A stretch of DNA of 64,000 bases from Mesotaenium endlicherianum (GCA_009602735.1 WELA01001462.1:384921-448920); one strand, 5' to 3'; positions 49,389-64,000 are shown, numbered from the stretch's first letter. The notes: generated from the sequence alone by a model not told the origin. Program-made: numbers and translations.

Positions 49389-52300
49389 TTAATATTCCAA
49401 TGACCACACAGCCACATGACAATTCAACATGAGAGGTTGAAGAGGGCGCACCGAGGATACTGGTGCAGCCGGTAAGGAAATATTACTGTCCCTCTTGTCA
49501 TTCAGTTCTTCAAGTATCGCTAGCGCTATCTGCCACGAATCTGGCCCGCTGCCGCTGGTCAACGCTGCAGTTCCAGCTGCAGCTGTCGCTTGTTGACCAG
49601 GATTAGTGAGAGAGTGTAGTATATCTGCAACTGACGGTACTGCTGGTTGGGAAGCATCGTCAGTTGCACTTGTGGTTGTTGTGCCAGCTATCGATGGACT
49701 CCTTATTAACTCCTCGTCCCCCACTTCAAGCCATGGCATTGTCTGCATCCCCCAGCACAAGAAGAAGAATCACTGCTTCTGGAACACATAGGCCAGCCGA
49801 CAATCACCAGACTAACAATTCCTCGTCCAACCAGTGACCCTCGGTCACTACAAGTGACAACACTGACACCTTCAAACAAATGTCCATGATGAGATCCTGG
49901 GTTTTGTTTGCTATCTTGCGTCTATGAAGCGCCGGGGGCTTATCAGACTGGCTGAATATGCAATGCCTGTGGGAAGAGACAAGGCCGCATTGTGCTATGA
50001 GCAGCTTGGCCTGCAACAAGCACTAAGCGAAGGATGACAACGAGTCCCTCCCTCAAGCGCCACAGTTGCAGTGCTTGGACTTGGAGTGAATGGAGCACAA
50101 AAAGGACCTGAAGGTTAGCAGAGTCCGAGAAGGGTGGTGCAGTTGCACCCACAGCCGCAGCACTAGTAGCAGCAGCAGCAACAGCAGTTGCATCTGAGCC
50201 TTTCAGTGCCAGCGGTTCATCTGCATGGCGCGAGTTTCGGCCAAAACTTTTGACAGGCTCAAAAACCCTGTCCACTTCCTGCTCACACACAGCATTGCAA
50301 TCAAGTGTGTGTCAGCGTGCAAGCAGCACGCCCAAAGTCAACATGGCGTACGCACCCCCGTTTTTGACACATAGCTCTCATTCTCAAAGGGGCAGACATC
50401 CTCAGCGCAAAGGTGCTCACACCTGATTGGTAAGTTCAGGCTTGGCAGCCAGCAGCAAGGACACCAGCTGCGCAGCTGTCTGCTGCACGCCAGCTGACGC
50501 AGAACCCATTGCCTCTGCAGCTGCTGCCTCGCACGGGGCACTCCCATACGGGGGCAGGCTTGCAGCACTCAGTTGGGCCTCACTCAGTGCGCAGAGCTTG
50601 CCGCCTTCCTCCACTCTCATGTACGGATCCCTCTGCCAGCATGGCGTTTCGTCACCGTCAAGCACGTCACTCTGACATCCACAGTGGCCCCACTTGGGAC
50701 TACCTACATCCACATGATTTGACTTGGAGTGCAGCCCTACCCCAGTCTATGCAACGGCCATTGCCGGTAGCACAGAGCTTGGGGCAGTGAGCAGGCAAGC
50801 CACACTGCAGGCAGCGAGATGCGAGAGGCATACCAACGGGCCTTGGCATATGGGGGTGACAGCGGCAGCAAGGGCCGGGATGCTGTACGCCTCTGCTGCT
50901 GTCAGCAGCATGCTGAGGGCCAGCGTGTGCAAGCTCCTGCTATTGCCCACCTCCTCTGCACTTTCCAACGCAACAGCACAACCACACACGCGCTTCCCTC
51001 GCCATTGGTTGCATGCTGCCACCATTCCCCGAGAAAACAAGATGGCCATGCTTCACTACTGAATAGACATAAGGGAAGCAGTGAGAGCACAAGCCTTTGG
51101 GGGGTGTCGGATATGCAAAAAACACCTGGAGAGGGGAGCTTGTGCAGAGATAGGGCCAGCTGAAGAGCTCTCCCCATTACCCTCTGCTCCCCCACAGCCT
51201 CCAACAGTTTACTTACCGGCATGCTCTCAGCAAGCATGGGCTTGTAATTTGTCAAGAGTTGCGGGGGTATACAAGTGCTCGGGGAGCGCATATCGAATGT
51301 AGGTGGACTCAGCCTGCACGACAGGAGAGGCATGTGCTCCGTCTAGTTGCTGGCCTCATTGTGTCTCATCTGCCCAGGGACCGGTCTTCCAGGCAGGCAG
51401 GCAGTTGCTCGCTCACCTGAGGCTCGGAGAGGTGGACAAGGAGGGAGAAGGTGTGGCCCATGGCTTCGTAGCAGGCAGGCCCATTGCTGCGCATGCCTGC
51501 CTGGACCCACAAGGAGTCCAGCAGCAGCATGGCATCTGCACCCCGCACCCTCGCCTCCACCAGCTTCCCTCCGTGTCCCTCCTACACACGCACACAAACA
51601 CACACGCTCAGACGGCTTCCCGGGCATGGAAGCTGTGCGCTATGGAGCGAGGAGGGGAAGGCGCACACACATGCTTGGAGGAGCCACGGTGGTGGTGGGC
51701 CCTGCGACGCGCCGCACTCACAGACTGCTCCAGGCCGGCCTTCAGACTGCGCAGCCTTCCCATCGTAGATGAGCTCCCCATTCTGGGCGTCAACACCTCC
51801 CCTCCATCACTCACTCCCGCACTGTCGGAGTCGCTTCCAGTGTCACTCCCACTCTCTCTCCGCCGCTCTCTGGCCCCCCGCCCCAAGCCCCCCTTCCTGG
51901 GACTCCTCATGTGCCAGAAGCCCCCCCCCCCAAGCCCATCGGCGTCATCCTGGCCAGAATGCTGAGGAAGCGATGCACCATCCGGGGGGGCCAGCAGAAG
52001 AGCCAGCAGCTTGTGGGCAGCCATGCGCGTGTCAGGGTGCGCATTCGTCATGACCTCCGCCACCTGCAGCAGCAGGGCTTCTGGAAGAGCCTTCTCGTCC
52101 ACCCGGTCCCCAACCCCCCACCCCCAACCCCCAACCCCTGCAAATGTCAGGCTGGCCCGCCCTCAAGCTTCACGCTTGCCTGCGGTGCTGCAGAGATCTA
52201 TAGACACACGCACGCACACGCGCACACACCTGAGAGCGGTCCAGAAGGCCAGCACTGATCTTAGCCACGGTGAACATGGCAGCCATGGTGGAGCGCGCAG

Positions 52301-54590
52301 CTCTGGGGTCTGATGGGAGCGACTCGAGAGAGCCGGCCATGATGTCCGTCAGCGGCCGTGCATCCCGCACCACCTGGCAAGCACGCAGGTGACATTCCAT
52401 TGATGACGCACAACGTCGTCAAAAAACCTACATACGCCCCTCCCTCCAGGAAAAGAATCAGATGCTGCACTCATCCGCTTCTTGCAAGTGCCAGTACGGA
52501 CAAACGCAAGCTCAGGAAAGGAGAGTGATTACAAGGTGGACAACAGCGAGAAGACACTCTTCGAGCCCATGCTGCAGCTCCTCCAGCTCAGACAGCTGCC
52601 GCTCTGCCACCCCAGGCTGCTGCTGCTGCTCCATGCACCTGCTCAAATTTTCCCCGCGCGGTGAGCTCAGGAGTAAATGCGCGCCAACAGCCCATGCCAC
52701 ACCCCAACTAGTGCACGGACTCGCTCCACCAGGGCTGCTCAAGGGGGGGGGAGGCAGAGGTCACCTGCGAAGGTGGCGGGTAAGGTCCAGCAACAGCGCG
52801 GCTCCATGGGGCATCCCTCCTCCTCCTCCTCCTCCTCCTCCTACTCCTGCTGCTGCTGCTGCTGTTGCCCCCCCCAGGGTCTGAGCCAGCTGGGTGACGC
52901 ACCGCACAATGGACACCTGCAACCGTGGCTGCCCAGCCACATTGCGCTGCTCCAAGTGGCGCAATATCAGCGCCAGCATCACATGCCCGCTGCCTGCTGC
53001 TCCCTCACCCACCACCAAGCACGCAAACCCCACACTTAAACACTTATGCAACATGCTCTTTCCTTTCCCACGTGACCCTGCAAGAGCGGCGGAGGAGAGG
53101 GGGGCACCTGAGGAGTGGGTGGAGGAGCGGAGCATGGAGGACAGAGTGTGGGCGGCCAAGCAGTGCGGCAGCGGCACCCAGTGGTTGCCATTGTCCAGGT
53201 AGTGCAGCACGGGGTCCAGCACGCGCCGCGCGGTGGTGGCGTCCGCGCTGGCCACACGGGCCAGCACATGCACGCACAGCGCCGCCCACACGGCTGGATC
53301 CTCCATCTCGCTCCTGGCCCCCCCGCCCCGCCAGCCAAGGACGCTTCTGTTCCATCAGATAGGCGCGGCAACAGGAGCAGCTCCTCTCCTCCTCCTCAAC
53401 CTGCACCGGGCGGAACTGAGTAGCAACTTGCTGCAGAGACCGGGAACTTCTTCTTTGCAACCAGAGTAGAGAAGCCACACGCAAAAGCACACTGGCAGGA
53501 ATCTGGCTCTGAATCTACAGCATTCCACCGCTGGAGGACATGAAAGTTGAAAGGTGCGTACTTGGAAAGGTGAGGGACGTTGAGGGGAAGAGCCAGGTCC
53601 TTGCCGTCCCGGTGGGCCTTGGCAAGAGCCTCCTCCACCTTGGCCACTGCTTCCTGGCGGTGGAAACCGGGCAAGTGGTGTGTGCGACTGGGCTGCTCAG
53701 CATGAGCATCACCGCTGCCACGTGGCTGTTGCTGCTGCTGCTGCAGCCTTCTGAGCTCTTCTGCATCTGCATCCGCGGGCAGGGCGTAGTTGTCCAGCAC
53801 AGCCGTCACCACCTGCGTGCGTCCCCTCAAGGTCTCCGGATCTCAGGGTGCACCTCAGGCTGCCCTCTGCAATACTGCCTCCTGAGCAGCAGCAGCCGCT
53901 CTGAGCAGTGGGGCTCACAACACAGCCAGCCAGCCACGCACTGCTTGCTGTCTGTCTGCGTGTGCCAACTGACATTCTAGACATCGTCGGACACAAAACA
54001 TGGCCAATAGTAGCAGCCTGGAATTTGTGATATACCTCGTCAAAGCAGGGAGATAAATGAGAAAACTGCCCCATGTACCAAACCTGCACAGTTCAACACC
54101 TCCCCCCGCCCCACCAGAAACAAACCCCTGTCCCACAATAAGACCATCCTTCTACTTGGCTACCTTCTTGATGATGCGATGAAAACAGCTGAGCAAGAAA
54201 GAGTGTGCAAAGCATTTGAGGCAACTGGTCTGTTTCCCAAATGCGCTCTAGAGGGACCAGGCACGGAGGGCTATTCCGGCTTCTAGAGCACGCGGTTGTC
54301 GCAAGGCCAGGTTGACAGGTCACCATGGCAGAGAGAGCGTGGAGGGCCGTGGCACGCAGGCTGCGCTGCAGGGGCCCTTCCCCCGCCTCGCGTGTTGCTG
54401 CCACCAGCTTGGTGCCCAGCCCATCCACGCTGTGCATGTTGCTGCCATCCGTCTGCCAGCCCCTCCATCTCAACCCGACCATGCTCGCTCAGTACTGCTG
54501 CTTGTACAGCTACCCCACTCGAGGACTCTCGCCGTCACGGGCAAAGAGATGCACTGCATGGCCAGTCTTGCTTTCCACCACTTCTTGCAT

Positions 54591-54654
<64 letters not shown>

Positions 54655-54805
54655 NNNNNNNNNNNNNNNNNNNNNNNNNNNNNNNNNNNNNNNNNNNNNN
54701 NNNNNNNNNNNNNNNNNNNNNNNNNNNNNNNNNNNNNNNNNNNNNNNNNNNNNNNNNNNNNNNNNNNNNNNNNNNNNNNNNNNNNNNNNNNNNNNNNNNN
54801 NNNNN

Positions 54806-54860
<55 letters not shown>

Positions 54861-56256
54861 ACCTGGTTGAGAATGAAGTCAAGGAAAGTGTTGCAAGCAA
54901 GGATGCGTATCTCCACTTTGCGGTGCTCCAGCACGGCCCTTATCATGCTCACTGCGCTTGCTGCAAACAGTCGCCTGCACATGGACATGCTTGTCATACT
55001 TGAGAACAGAGACTGAGATATTGTTGCATGCACACATCCGCAACCGTGGGCGCATGCGGGATGATCAACCTGACCACCGGTTACTACACTCACATGACGC
55101 ACCACTTATCAACAAACCAAACTGAATCCACGCCCTTTTGGGCCCTACATTGGAATGGCGTGTAGCCTGGGCTTGCTTCCTGATCCATTGGGAGAAAGCA
55201 TGCCTTCCAGCAATTTGAAGAAGTCATATATGGTCCAGAAAGCTACGCTTTTATGTACAATAGGAACTGCACGGTACAAGATGTAATCATCGTGATCAGA
55301 GGCACTCGTGAACGTGCCCTGAAGTGCCTCGTTGGGTCCATGTGCTGCATGTTACAACGCAGTGCAGAGACTCACATGTGGTCCCGGCAGACAACCAGCA
55401 ATCTGCTGTAAGCGTGCATAACTGCTTCGACTGACAAGTAATGCTCTGCCTTCAGCTCACTGTAGCCACGCTGCTCCAATTTGTTCACTATCTTCGGAAC
55501 ACGCTCCGGATTGTGGGCTGCATAGTCTGCCAGCTTGTTTATGGCCCTATCATTGACTTTGCCAGCCTGCAAAATTGTACATATAGGGCTTGCCAGTCAT
55601 GAGCTTATGCATGGCATGCACAGGCGCATGACTACAGGCAGGAGCAACGTCTTTGTACAAGGAACTGAATGACAAACGTAACCAGAGCTTGTTGAAGGGT
55701 ATGAAACATTTACTGCAGTGTTCACATGGATTTAAAAACATGGAGTCAAAGTAAGGAAAGCAAAGATACTGCCTCATGTTTTCAAGTAAATGCTGTGACG
55801 CATTGAAGCAAGAGGACAGGGGGAAGGACAAAACCTCATGCTATTAAGTTTGTGCATGTCTAGCAGCATTATGATCATACGACAGATTTGCGACACTTTA
55901 TAGTTGAGCACAATGACTTCACGCCGTTAGAGTCCCAAGCTATTATTGACTGGAATGACGTAGACCACCAGAAAATTTTGACAACTCATATGCAATTCGT
56001 CTTTACATATACTGCGCAAAACTAAACGACATCACTGCTGCATGAAAGCCTAATCTAGGTAGATGAAGCGCCTGATTCCTTCATGTTCAGGCCAGCCTGT
56101 GAGAACCGGGTGGAGTACCTGGCTTTTTGGGAACACATGCTGAAGTAGAGTTCTGTAGCGTTTGACGGGCTGTCTTGACCGTGCTCTTAACCCGGGACAC
56201 GCAAAGCATGCAAAATTAGCGCACACAGGCAGCACTTGCCTGGAAATGACACCCAT
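49389..56256 (-). CDS. EFR3: Spliced EFR3 / SEMI-ROLLED LEAF2-like ARM-repeat protein gene (3' end approximate)
   Basis: Exon 1 (56256-56119) MGVISRQVLPVCANFACFACPGLRARSRQPVKRY. Exon 55566-55376 NDRAINKLADYAAHNPERVPKI. Exon 54974-54863. Later motifs VWYMGQFSH, DATTARRVLDP, ALPEALLLQ..HPDTR, YEAMGHTFSLL and DPYMRVEEGGKL. Confidence 0.9.
54593..54859. repeat. (GA)n microsatellite spanning assembly gap 54655-54805
   Basis: GA runs on both sides of the N run, within an intron. Confidence 0.95.
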
Positions 56257-56971
56257 AGTATCTACATAGAAGGTTAACACCTGCTGCTAACTTTCGCAAC
56301 GATATGGGTATATATATAGATACCCTCGATGACAGTAGACCAACGTGCTCTTAGGGGTCAGATCTCATGTTTATATCAGTGCATGATGAAAACTTTCTGA
56401 GATCTGCTGTAGGCTGCTGCAAGCAGCTGTGAAGTCACTGTGCTTGCATGGGAAGAGTTACCGGCAAGTCACGTTGACTGTTCGCATCTTTCTGTTAGCG
56501 ATAGTTAGCAGCATTGAGCGACATAGTCGGTGGGCCCAGACTGGCCCAGACGCTCCTTGAGCGTGCGCCAGCATGTGAGTCATTTCACAAGAATGGCCAA
56601 GTGGCAAGGGCGGCCTTACTTTGCGCGGTATGTGACCGTTTCGTCTTTACCGCTGCATGTAGACTTCGAAAACTCAATCTTTTTCAGGAAGGCATTCCGC
56701 ATGGTGGTGCTCACAACCTTCGTAAGCATTTGGAAGTGGCTAAGCGTGGAAGGAAATCTTTCGCATCATTCTGCATGCGATACAGTTGGTAAAATCTTAG
56801 TACTCGCTGTTGAAGTGTGTAAGCCCAGTCTCCACGAGGTCTTTGAGCATAACTTGAAGAGCTGATGTACGTCAATTGTTCAGCCTCTGAACTTGTTTAT
56901 GCTTAAGTGACATAAAGTACTAACAAGCGGACCATTGACTTGAAGAACTACTAATGTTTAGCCCTTTGAAA

Positions 56972-59900
56972 ATGAAGAGCCCTGCTGCCCTCACGCCTAG
57001 TCGGGTGAAGAAACTTGGACCAGCTGTCCGTGTTGCAGGCATCTGCTCAACTAGCGTAAGGGTCATAGCTAGAATACGCCCTTTCCTGAAAAAAGAAAAA
57101 GAAAAGGCAGAGAAACTACTGCAGTCCTGCATTCAAGTAGAGAACTCAAGCGAAGGGGAAGACAGCAGGCTCAACCTTACTGACGGGCTCAACCGGTAAA
57201 GTACATGGCAGCCTCACTTATATGTTTGAGAATGGTTGTGGTCGAGTTAGCGTGTACATCTGTCCTCAGAGCCGAAGGTGCAGGTGGCTGTGTGACTTCT
57301 AAGGCATGAAGTGTGCCTGTATAATCAGGAAGGCCTTGTATAAGTTCCGACACATAAGTCGAGATGAGCTTACGTAAGCTGACGATGAGCGAGAAGATGT
57401 ATTTCAATCTTAAGCCTTGTTTTCTTCCAGACGCAATGACCAGGCTTTCAAACTCGATGCATCATATCAAGAGGATGACACCAACCAAGCTATTTTCACC
57501 CGCGAGATTGTGCCTCATCTTGAAGGCCTCTTCTCTGGTCTCAACTCGAGCGTATTCTCCTATGGAGCTACTGGGAGTGGAAAGACATACACCATGCAGG
57601 TAAGCTGCTACACCAGCTTGCAGAAGTGTACCTTCCCAGGGCTGCCCCGAGATGTTGAGTGTATCATTGGAGACCCTTGAATCCACCCTGCAACTCAACT
57701 GTGGAGAACTACGATGCTATGCCACTAGAAAGACCTACATCTGTGTTCCTTCCGCATAACATTAGTCTCTCTTTTTGTCGCATCTGGCTCTTTCCTCGAC
57801 AGGGTGAAGGAGGAGAGAAGGGGCTCATGGCACTAGCTGTTGAGTGGATACTAGCAGCGATTGCCAGCCAAGAGGTGGACAACTACCAGCTGTCGGTCTC
57901 GTATCTAGAGATCTACATGGATCGCTGTTATGATCTGTTGGAGCCAAAGGTGGAGCTGACGATCTTGGAGGATGCTCGTGGCCGCGTCCTCATCCCACAG
58001 CTGGCCCGCGTATGTGCACTGCCAAACCTCGAGTGGCCCATTTCCTATGCTCTGTCGCAACAGCAGCCACCATACTCGACCAATGGTGCTGGGTTCTGAG
58101 TTACGGTCTTGCTTATGCGGCTTCTGACACAACCTAGTCCCTTTCGGGTGCTCTTCACTGGTGGGACATCTCCATCTATTTGATGTCTCTGATTGACTTG
58201 CTTCAGCGGGGTGACACAACGGGAGCCTCAAGGAAAAGAGTCTCTCAGTATTGTTAAGTGGGAGCTGGGCCCGCTGAATATTTGGAGAGCAGTTGTGAGC
58301 AAGCACATGGCCGCTCCTGCATTGGCTGTCACAGATGGAGATCGCGACGGTGGAGGAGTTTGGAGCTGTGTTTAACGCCGGCTGCCAGAGGAGGCGCACA
58401 GGCGCCACGGGGCTGAACGACGTGTCCAGCCGGTCCCACGCCGTCCTCATGGTCAGCGTCTCCAGGGCCGGCGGCGCGGGCGGCGTGGGGCGCATGCACC
58501 TCGTGGATCTCGCGGGTGTGTCACGCCCTCCTCCTTACTCGCTCTCCCTCTCCTTTGCAAGTGTGGGTGGGCCATGGCTGAACCGGCTGGGACTCCTATC
58601 TGTTGGTTGCTGGCTGGCAGGTAACGAGGACAACCGGCGGACAGGCAACGGCGGGGTAAGAATAGCGGAGAGCAGCGGCATCAACCAGTCCCTGTTTGCC
58701 CTCTCCAAAGTGGTGGCTGCTCTCATCAACGGAGACAGCAGGGTGCCCTACAGAGACAGCAAGCTGACGAGGCTGCTGCAGGATTCCCTGGGGGGCAACA
58801 GCCGCTCCCTCATGGTTGCCTGCCTGGTACAGCCCACGCCCATGCGCCCCCCTTCTATCATACCCGTGCTTTGCTCTGCCCCCCTTCCTTGCTCACCCAC
58901 GCGGTCGAAGCTGATGGGCATGGCAGAATCCGGGAAACTATCAGGAGGCCGCTCACACGCTTGCTCTGGGAGCAAAGTCGCGGCAAGTGGTGAACCACCA
59001 CCGCCACCTGCAGGCGGCTGACGACAGCAGCGGGCCGCCAAAGTCAGTGGACATGGCCAGCAGGCTTCAGGCATGGCGAGACGTCAAGGGCAAGCCCAGC
59101 GCTTCCCCCGCCTCTCTCGGTCCTCCCTGTAGGCAGCTGTCTCCCGTTGATGTCCGCAAGTGGACGCCCGGCAAACCCAAAGCAAGGTGAGACTGCATAG
59201 ATGCCCGTCTCAGGCTGCTTCCTCCCTCTCTCTTGCCAACCCTCCCCCCCTCCTGCATTGCTGCGCCTTGCATTGTAGCTGCATGTCTGCGGGGGAAGTT
59301 CTTGCTCTCTTGGTCCTTTGTGCGGGTGCACGGGTGCGCAAGTACGCAAAAGGCAGCCGGCCTTACTTCTCTTGGCTTGTGCAGCCCAAGTCCGTCCAGG
59401 GGAGGCAAGCAGATGGGCGAGAGAACGACTACCAGTCCATTCAAGTCGCCGAAGGTGAGCGGATTTTGCTACCGACTAGTCTATCCAGTGATGCCTTGCA
59501 CTTCTTTCTGCTGCCCCACAGCTCCTCTGCCGGTACCTCTACCTCAGCTGAGGATGGACCGGAGTGATTCATGCTTGGCAGGTGGGGCGGCGGCTGTGGG
59601 ATCCCCGTGACCCTGCACCTGCGCCTGCGCCGGCCTCTGGCCCCGTGATGCCCCTCTCTCCCATGGCCACCAACCTGGTGTTGCAGCACCACCAAGGGGG
59701 AGGAGATGAGCCCCCTGTGGATGATGCGGGCACAGACTTCCTCAGGAGGGCTGACTCATCGGAGGAGAATCAGACCAGGGAGACGTTGGCCGAGCTGCAC
59801 TCCGACTGCACGGTGTCAACCACGGCATGTGCGACAACAGCAGAAGGTGCAACAGTGAATGGATCCCACATGAGTCCTTTGTGGTCGCTTCTTATGATTA

Positions 59901-61765
59901 GCATGGAGCTGAGTCAGTCCTACCCGACTCCTGGCACATGCTGATGGTGGTGTTCACGTGGGGCACACCCTGTCTGGTGCGTGCATGTGCAGTTCCCCTC
60001 AGTGTGCAGCTGCACAGTCTGGGCCAGAGCCTGCGGGGCCTGTATATGATGTCGCCCGCGGCAACGCTCCCAGCATCCAGTCCTGCGCCTACCACTCCCA
60101 GTGCTGTAAGTGGCTGACTTCCATACGAGCTTAGAAAAGGACATTGCTGCTCAGCAGTGCGAGCTCGGTGCGAGCTTTTTCTCCATTCTCATGTAGGTGT
60201 CAGCATTATGTACTCGCTCCCATGCATGTGTGAGTGTGAGTGTACATGCATGCAGCTAGTACTCGTAATCTCATGCACCTGTACACGCTTGGTCCATATG
60301 CCTCAAGTGAAGCTCTGGCAGTCCGGTTGTGAAAGGTAACACACTTGAGCACGGCCGAACTTGCTTATCACTCTATACAGTTGCTTGCTAGTGCCGTCAT
60401 AATGCACCAGTGCCCCCCCGTAAACTGACTGACCCTCCCTCTCTCCCCCTCCCTCCCTCCCTTCTCCCTCTCCTCCCCCCTCCCTCCCTCTCTCTCTCTC
60501 ATACTGATTCTGCAGCAAGAGTTCACTCCACACCGGGATACAACCGCAGCCGCTTGGGGCAGTAGGACTCCCTCCTGCAGCACCCCTCTGGAAGCATTTC
60601 AGGAGGCCAATCGCAGAGCTAGGGTAACTTCGTTATCCTCTGGTTTGGAAACTGGGCCTTGAGCTGCCCAGCATAGTCACATTGCAGGAATAGAATCTGC
60701 ACACCCTGTGTAGGTGAAGAAGGTGCGCATTACTTTCTGTTTGCTGCTTCTAACCTGGAGACACAAGTCGTGGACAGTTTTGTGCGTGCGTGATTTTTAG
60801 GTATGTGCCGAGGTACTGATCAGTAGTCTGACAATGCCACGTGTGCATGAGCAGAGTGCGATGGAGAGGGAGTGCCTTCAGCTGCTCAACACTGGGGACA
60901 GGTGTGTAACTGTGCAGTTTCTTCAGCATCTTTGCCCCCGAACCAGCAACATAAGCTTGCATCCGCTGTGCCTTTGACAACGGTTACTAAGTCTAGAGAA
61001 GATGGTGGTGGCAACTGTGAGCAGGGAGCAATTGCGGAGCTTGAAGGTGAGGACAAGCACTCGTGATGTTTTTGCCATCCGCTCTGAGAGCTTTGCTGCT
61101 TGTTCAGTGGAGGAGCAGCAGCTTGAGTGCCTGCGTGTCCTCTGCATTGCTTCCCCGCTTGCTTCTTAGCAGGCCTTTGTGTGCAGTACTTACAACCTTT
61201 TTCCCTGTCAAAGGGTGGCACTTTTGTTGGTGGCTCAGGGAATCGGCGAAAAGCGCGCAGCAGCGATAGTAGATCTCAGAGAGGCCTGCCCTTTTCCATT
61301 TCTGGAGGTCAGTTCTGCCCCTCCTCTCGTGGCTTCTGGCTTCTAAGTAACCGCCAGATGACTACAGCGAGCTCTTAGCGTGATGGAGTAGTTCGTGACA
61401 ACAGCAAGGCATCCGTCTGTGTGAGGAAGCTGTCTTCGCATGCACCCTCCTGACCTCGTCAGAATTGGTGCTCCTATGATGTGCAGATGGATGATGTCCA
61501 GAAAATTGGACTCAGCGCCAAACAGGTACTTTACAAAATAAGCAACACACTTCACTATATTTGAAAGTCTGAACGCACATGCATGTGTGAGCTCCAGTGT
61601 CTGATTTCTCCCAAAAGTGCGTGCCTCCGATAGTTTGTTATTCGCAAATCACATGGTCGTCGTGGTGTCAAGTATGAAGTGTGCGAGCATCTGGACTCAG
61701 TAAAAGGCACATGCCTTCTGCTGCAGGTCAAGAACCTGATTCAAGACAACATAGTGAAGAGCTAA
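56972..61765 (+). CDS. KIN10: Spliced kinesin-10 (KIF22/Kid-like) gene with C-terminal helix-hairpin-helix
   Basis: Exons 56972(or 56954)-57195, 57431-57599 (YGATGSGKT), 57803-58009, 58335-58515 (SSRSH, DLAG), 58621-58826 (NEDNRRT, VPYRDSKLTRLLQDSLGG) and 58927- (NPGNYQE). HhH exons REQLRSLK / GIGEKRAAAI / IGLSAKQ. Stop TAA at 61763-61765. Confidence 0.92.
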
Positions 61766-64000
61766 GATCATAACCTCAGTAAGTTCTACGTCCTGTAATC
61801 AGGTATTGTGAAGCCTCCAGTAGATGCACTATATAGGGTGCAGCAAACAAGAGAGGGAAGCACACATATAGTGCAAGATGATATAGCATGAAAACGTACT
61901 CTCTACGAACGCGTGATAATTCACAGCAATTCTTCGTGACGAATTAGTCATGTTCTACAGCCTTTAGAAGCGCGCAGTACTTGTATAGCACTTTATTAGT
62001 GAAATAAGCATGAGCAACAGATTTCGTTGCAAGTTACTACGTGTTCAATTTCTGTTGTTACTGAATAGTAAGTAGGTATCCTCTGCACTTCTGCGTGCAT
62101 GCTCAACTATTCCAGGAGCCATTTATCGGCACGCATTACTCGGAGATGGTACTATATGACTAAATCTCCTAGGTGCAACATTCATCATTGCCCTTTCAAT
62201 CATTTAAAGTCATCACTGTCTGCCAATGGATTTGTAACTAGAGAGAGGTATTGAGATTTATTATGTAAAAGCACCTTTTTCATTCACGGAGAACATCCCA
62301 ACAGGGAGGGGTCCAGACGAGAGATATGTTATCAAAGAAACAGGCGACAATAAAATCCATAGTAAATGCCATATTTCACGTATCTTGGATGTCAATTGGA
62401 GCAACCACGTTTACTCAGTTGGCACTTATAAGAATTATCTTATGTCAAATGAACCGCGGCGTGTATGCCCTCTCATTCACTATGATAATCTGTCAATGTA
62501 TATGGATGGCATCATGCTTATGGAGAAGCTAAAACTGGCCTGTCTAAGATGAATATTCGGTGGGCATATGACAGTCTCAGCATGACAGTCTCATCCTAAA
62601 GAGCCCCTCAAACACTACTTGTTTCCCTGGCATAAGGTGTGCAAGGCAATCAAGAAGTACAGCAGCACAGCCAGTATGAAGGCGTGCTTGGTCGAAACTT
62701 ACATATATATAATACATTCCAGGCTTTTATTCATAAGCCCTTCGTACCCCTTCCTAAGTATGTATGTATGAGTGTTCACCACCAAAGACAGATGAGACCG
62801 GCTCCAGAAAAGAATTGCGTTCAGCCAATACTTGCGTCCTAAATCCAGGAGTATATTGCCTCTGCTCAATAATTTTCCAAAAATCACCAAACCCCCATCG
62901 AAGGTCCTTTACCAATGATCCCCGCAGTTTGTGTCCTCTAGGCGTTGCCTCAATAACTGTACAGTGGAGGACCGCTCTTCCGACATCTCAATGAACCATG
63001 GTGAGGCGCTTCAGCGAAATCACCCTTCCTCAATGTGTCCCCCCTCAGCAGTTGTGAGGTGTGAACTTCATCACGTGAATTTGGCTTCTGTGAGAGTAAT
63101 TTCTTTCCTTCGGGGACAGTGACATGAGGGGGTAATGTACTCAAGGGATGAGTAGGTGGCTTCTGCTGACGGGCTAAAGCCCAAAGGCTCGCCATCGCCA
63201 AAGCAGAGTCGTTTGCCCTGTCCTGGACGTACAGTACGCCGGTAAAACTGTCAGCTGCAGTGCAACGATTCATATCTCGACTACCTCTTCCAGAATGTTC
63301 CCAAACAGAACCAGTTATCGGTGCTCTCTCCACAGCAATCATACTGTAGAAGTACAAGAGACTGATGTCAACTATAAATAACGACAATTGTTCAGCGTAG
63401 CAAATTTAGCACGCAACCAAGTGAGAAAAACAGGAAGAATGGACTCGAACTGCACAGTACAATGAAAGACGAGGTTGCTCTCTGGAGAGGTAAGCAACAT
63501 TTCTCTCGGTGGTCCCTAACTTTAAAGGGCCTATTCGTCATCCATAAGTTACCAATGCAACGCACCAAGGGCTGCCGAAGGGCGGTTGGATTTTGAGGTC
63601 TGCGCCGACCGCAGAAAGACAATCCCAGCTTGCATCAGGTCCATATTCTGTTTGTATGTGCCACAACTGAAGAAAGCGGGCCGCTAAAGACTCTGAAGAA
63701 GGTTTGAGTCTGTTGTCCTATTCTTTGGTTGCATTATGAAATGCGTACATTATGGAGGAGGTAAAAGTGGGTAGACATCTCCCCGGGCACAAAAGTTTCT
63801 ACCTTCTTTTAAAATGCTCCAGGAACTTAGTAGGAAAAAGTGAGGCCATGTGAGCACTTGTGACGGTCATCGATACCAACAAATCGATAAATATACCCAG
63901 AATTCTGAAATCCGATGTAAATCGAAGCAATGGTCAGAGCTGACACAAGTCCGAGAAGTTTTTGCTGCTTTTGGCTGAGATTTTACCAGTTTTGTCAATT

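Noticed and set aside
50400..54600. Numerous overlapping plus-strand ORFs
   Set aside because: GC-rich antisense shadows of EFR3 exons and introns.
61800..64000. Short ORFs and a possible TE end near 63.9 kb
   Set aside because: No recognisable domain, and the similarity to the 7.0-kb element is too short to support a call.

Overview
Eukaryotic nuclear DNA, probably from a streptophyte or charophyte alga (inferred from plant-type intron-rich genes, Met-tRNA primer-binding sites and the TE families; organism not proven). About 1-24.8 kb is a nested transposon cluster. It holds a Ty3/Gypsy element with an integrase-PHD finger and a related Gypsy element carrying a degraded C5 DNA methyltransferase between protease and RT. 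That second element is interrupted by a full-length chromodomain Gypsy (itself holding a hAT MITE), a solo LTR and a piggyBac transposon. About 27-33.7 kb is a spliced GT92/DUF23 glycosyltransferase gene (-). About 35.3-46.8 kb is a second Gypsy cluster: a self-nested three-LTR chromovirus (-) and another family with an unknown extra 3' ORF (+). About 49.4-61.8 kb is a divergent host gene pair, EFR3/SRL2-like (-) and kinesin-10 (+). There are three assembly gaps. The most notable system is the methyltransferase-encoding retrotransposon, with a PHD-bearing sister element next to it.
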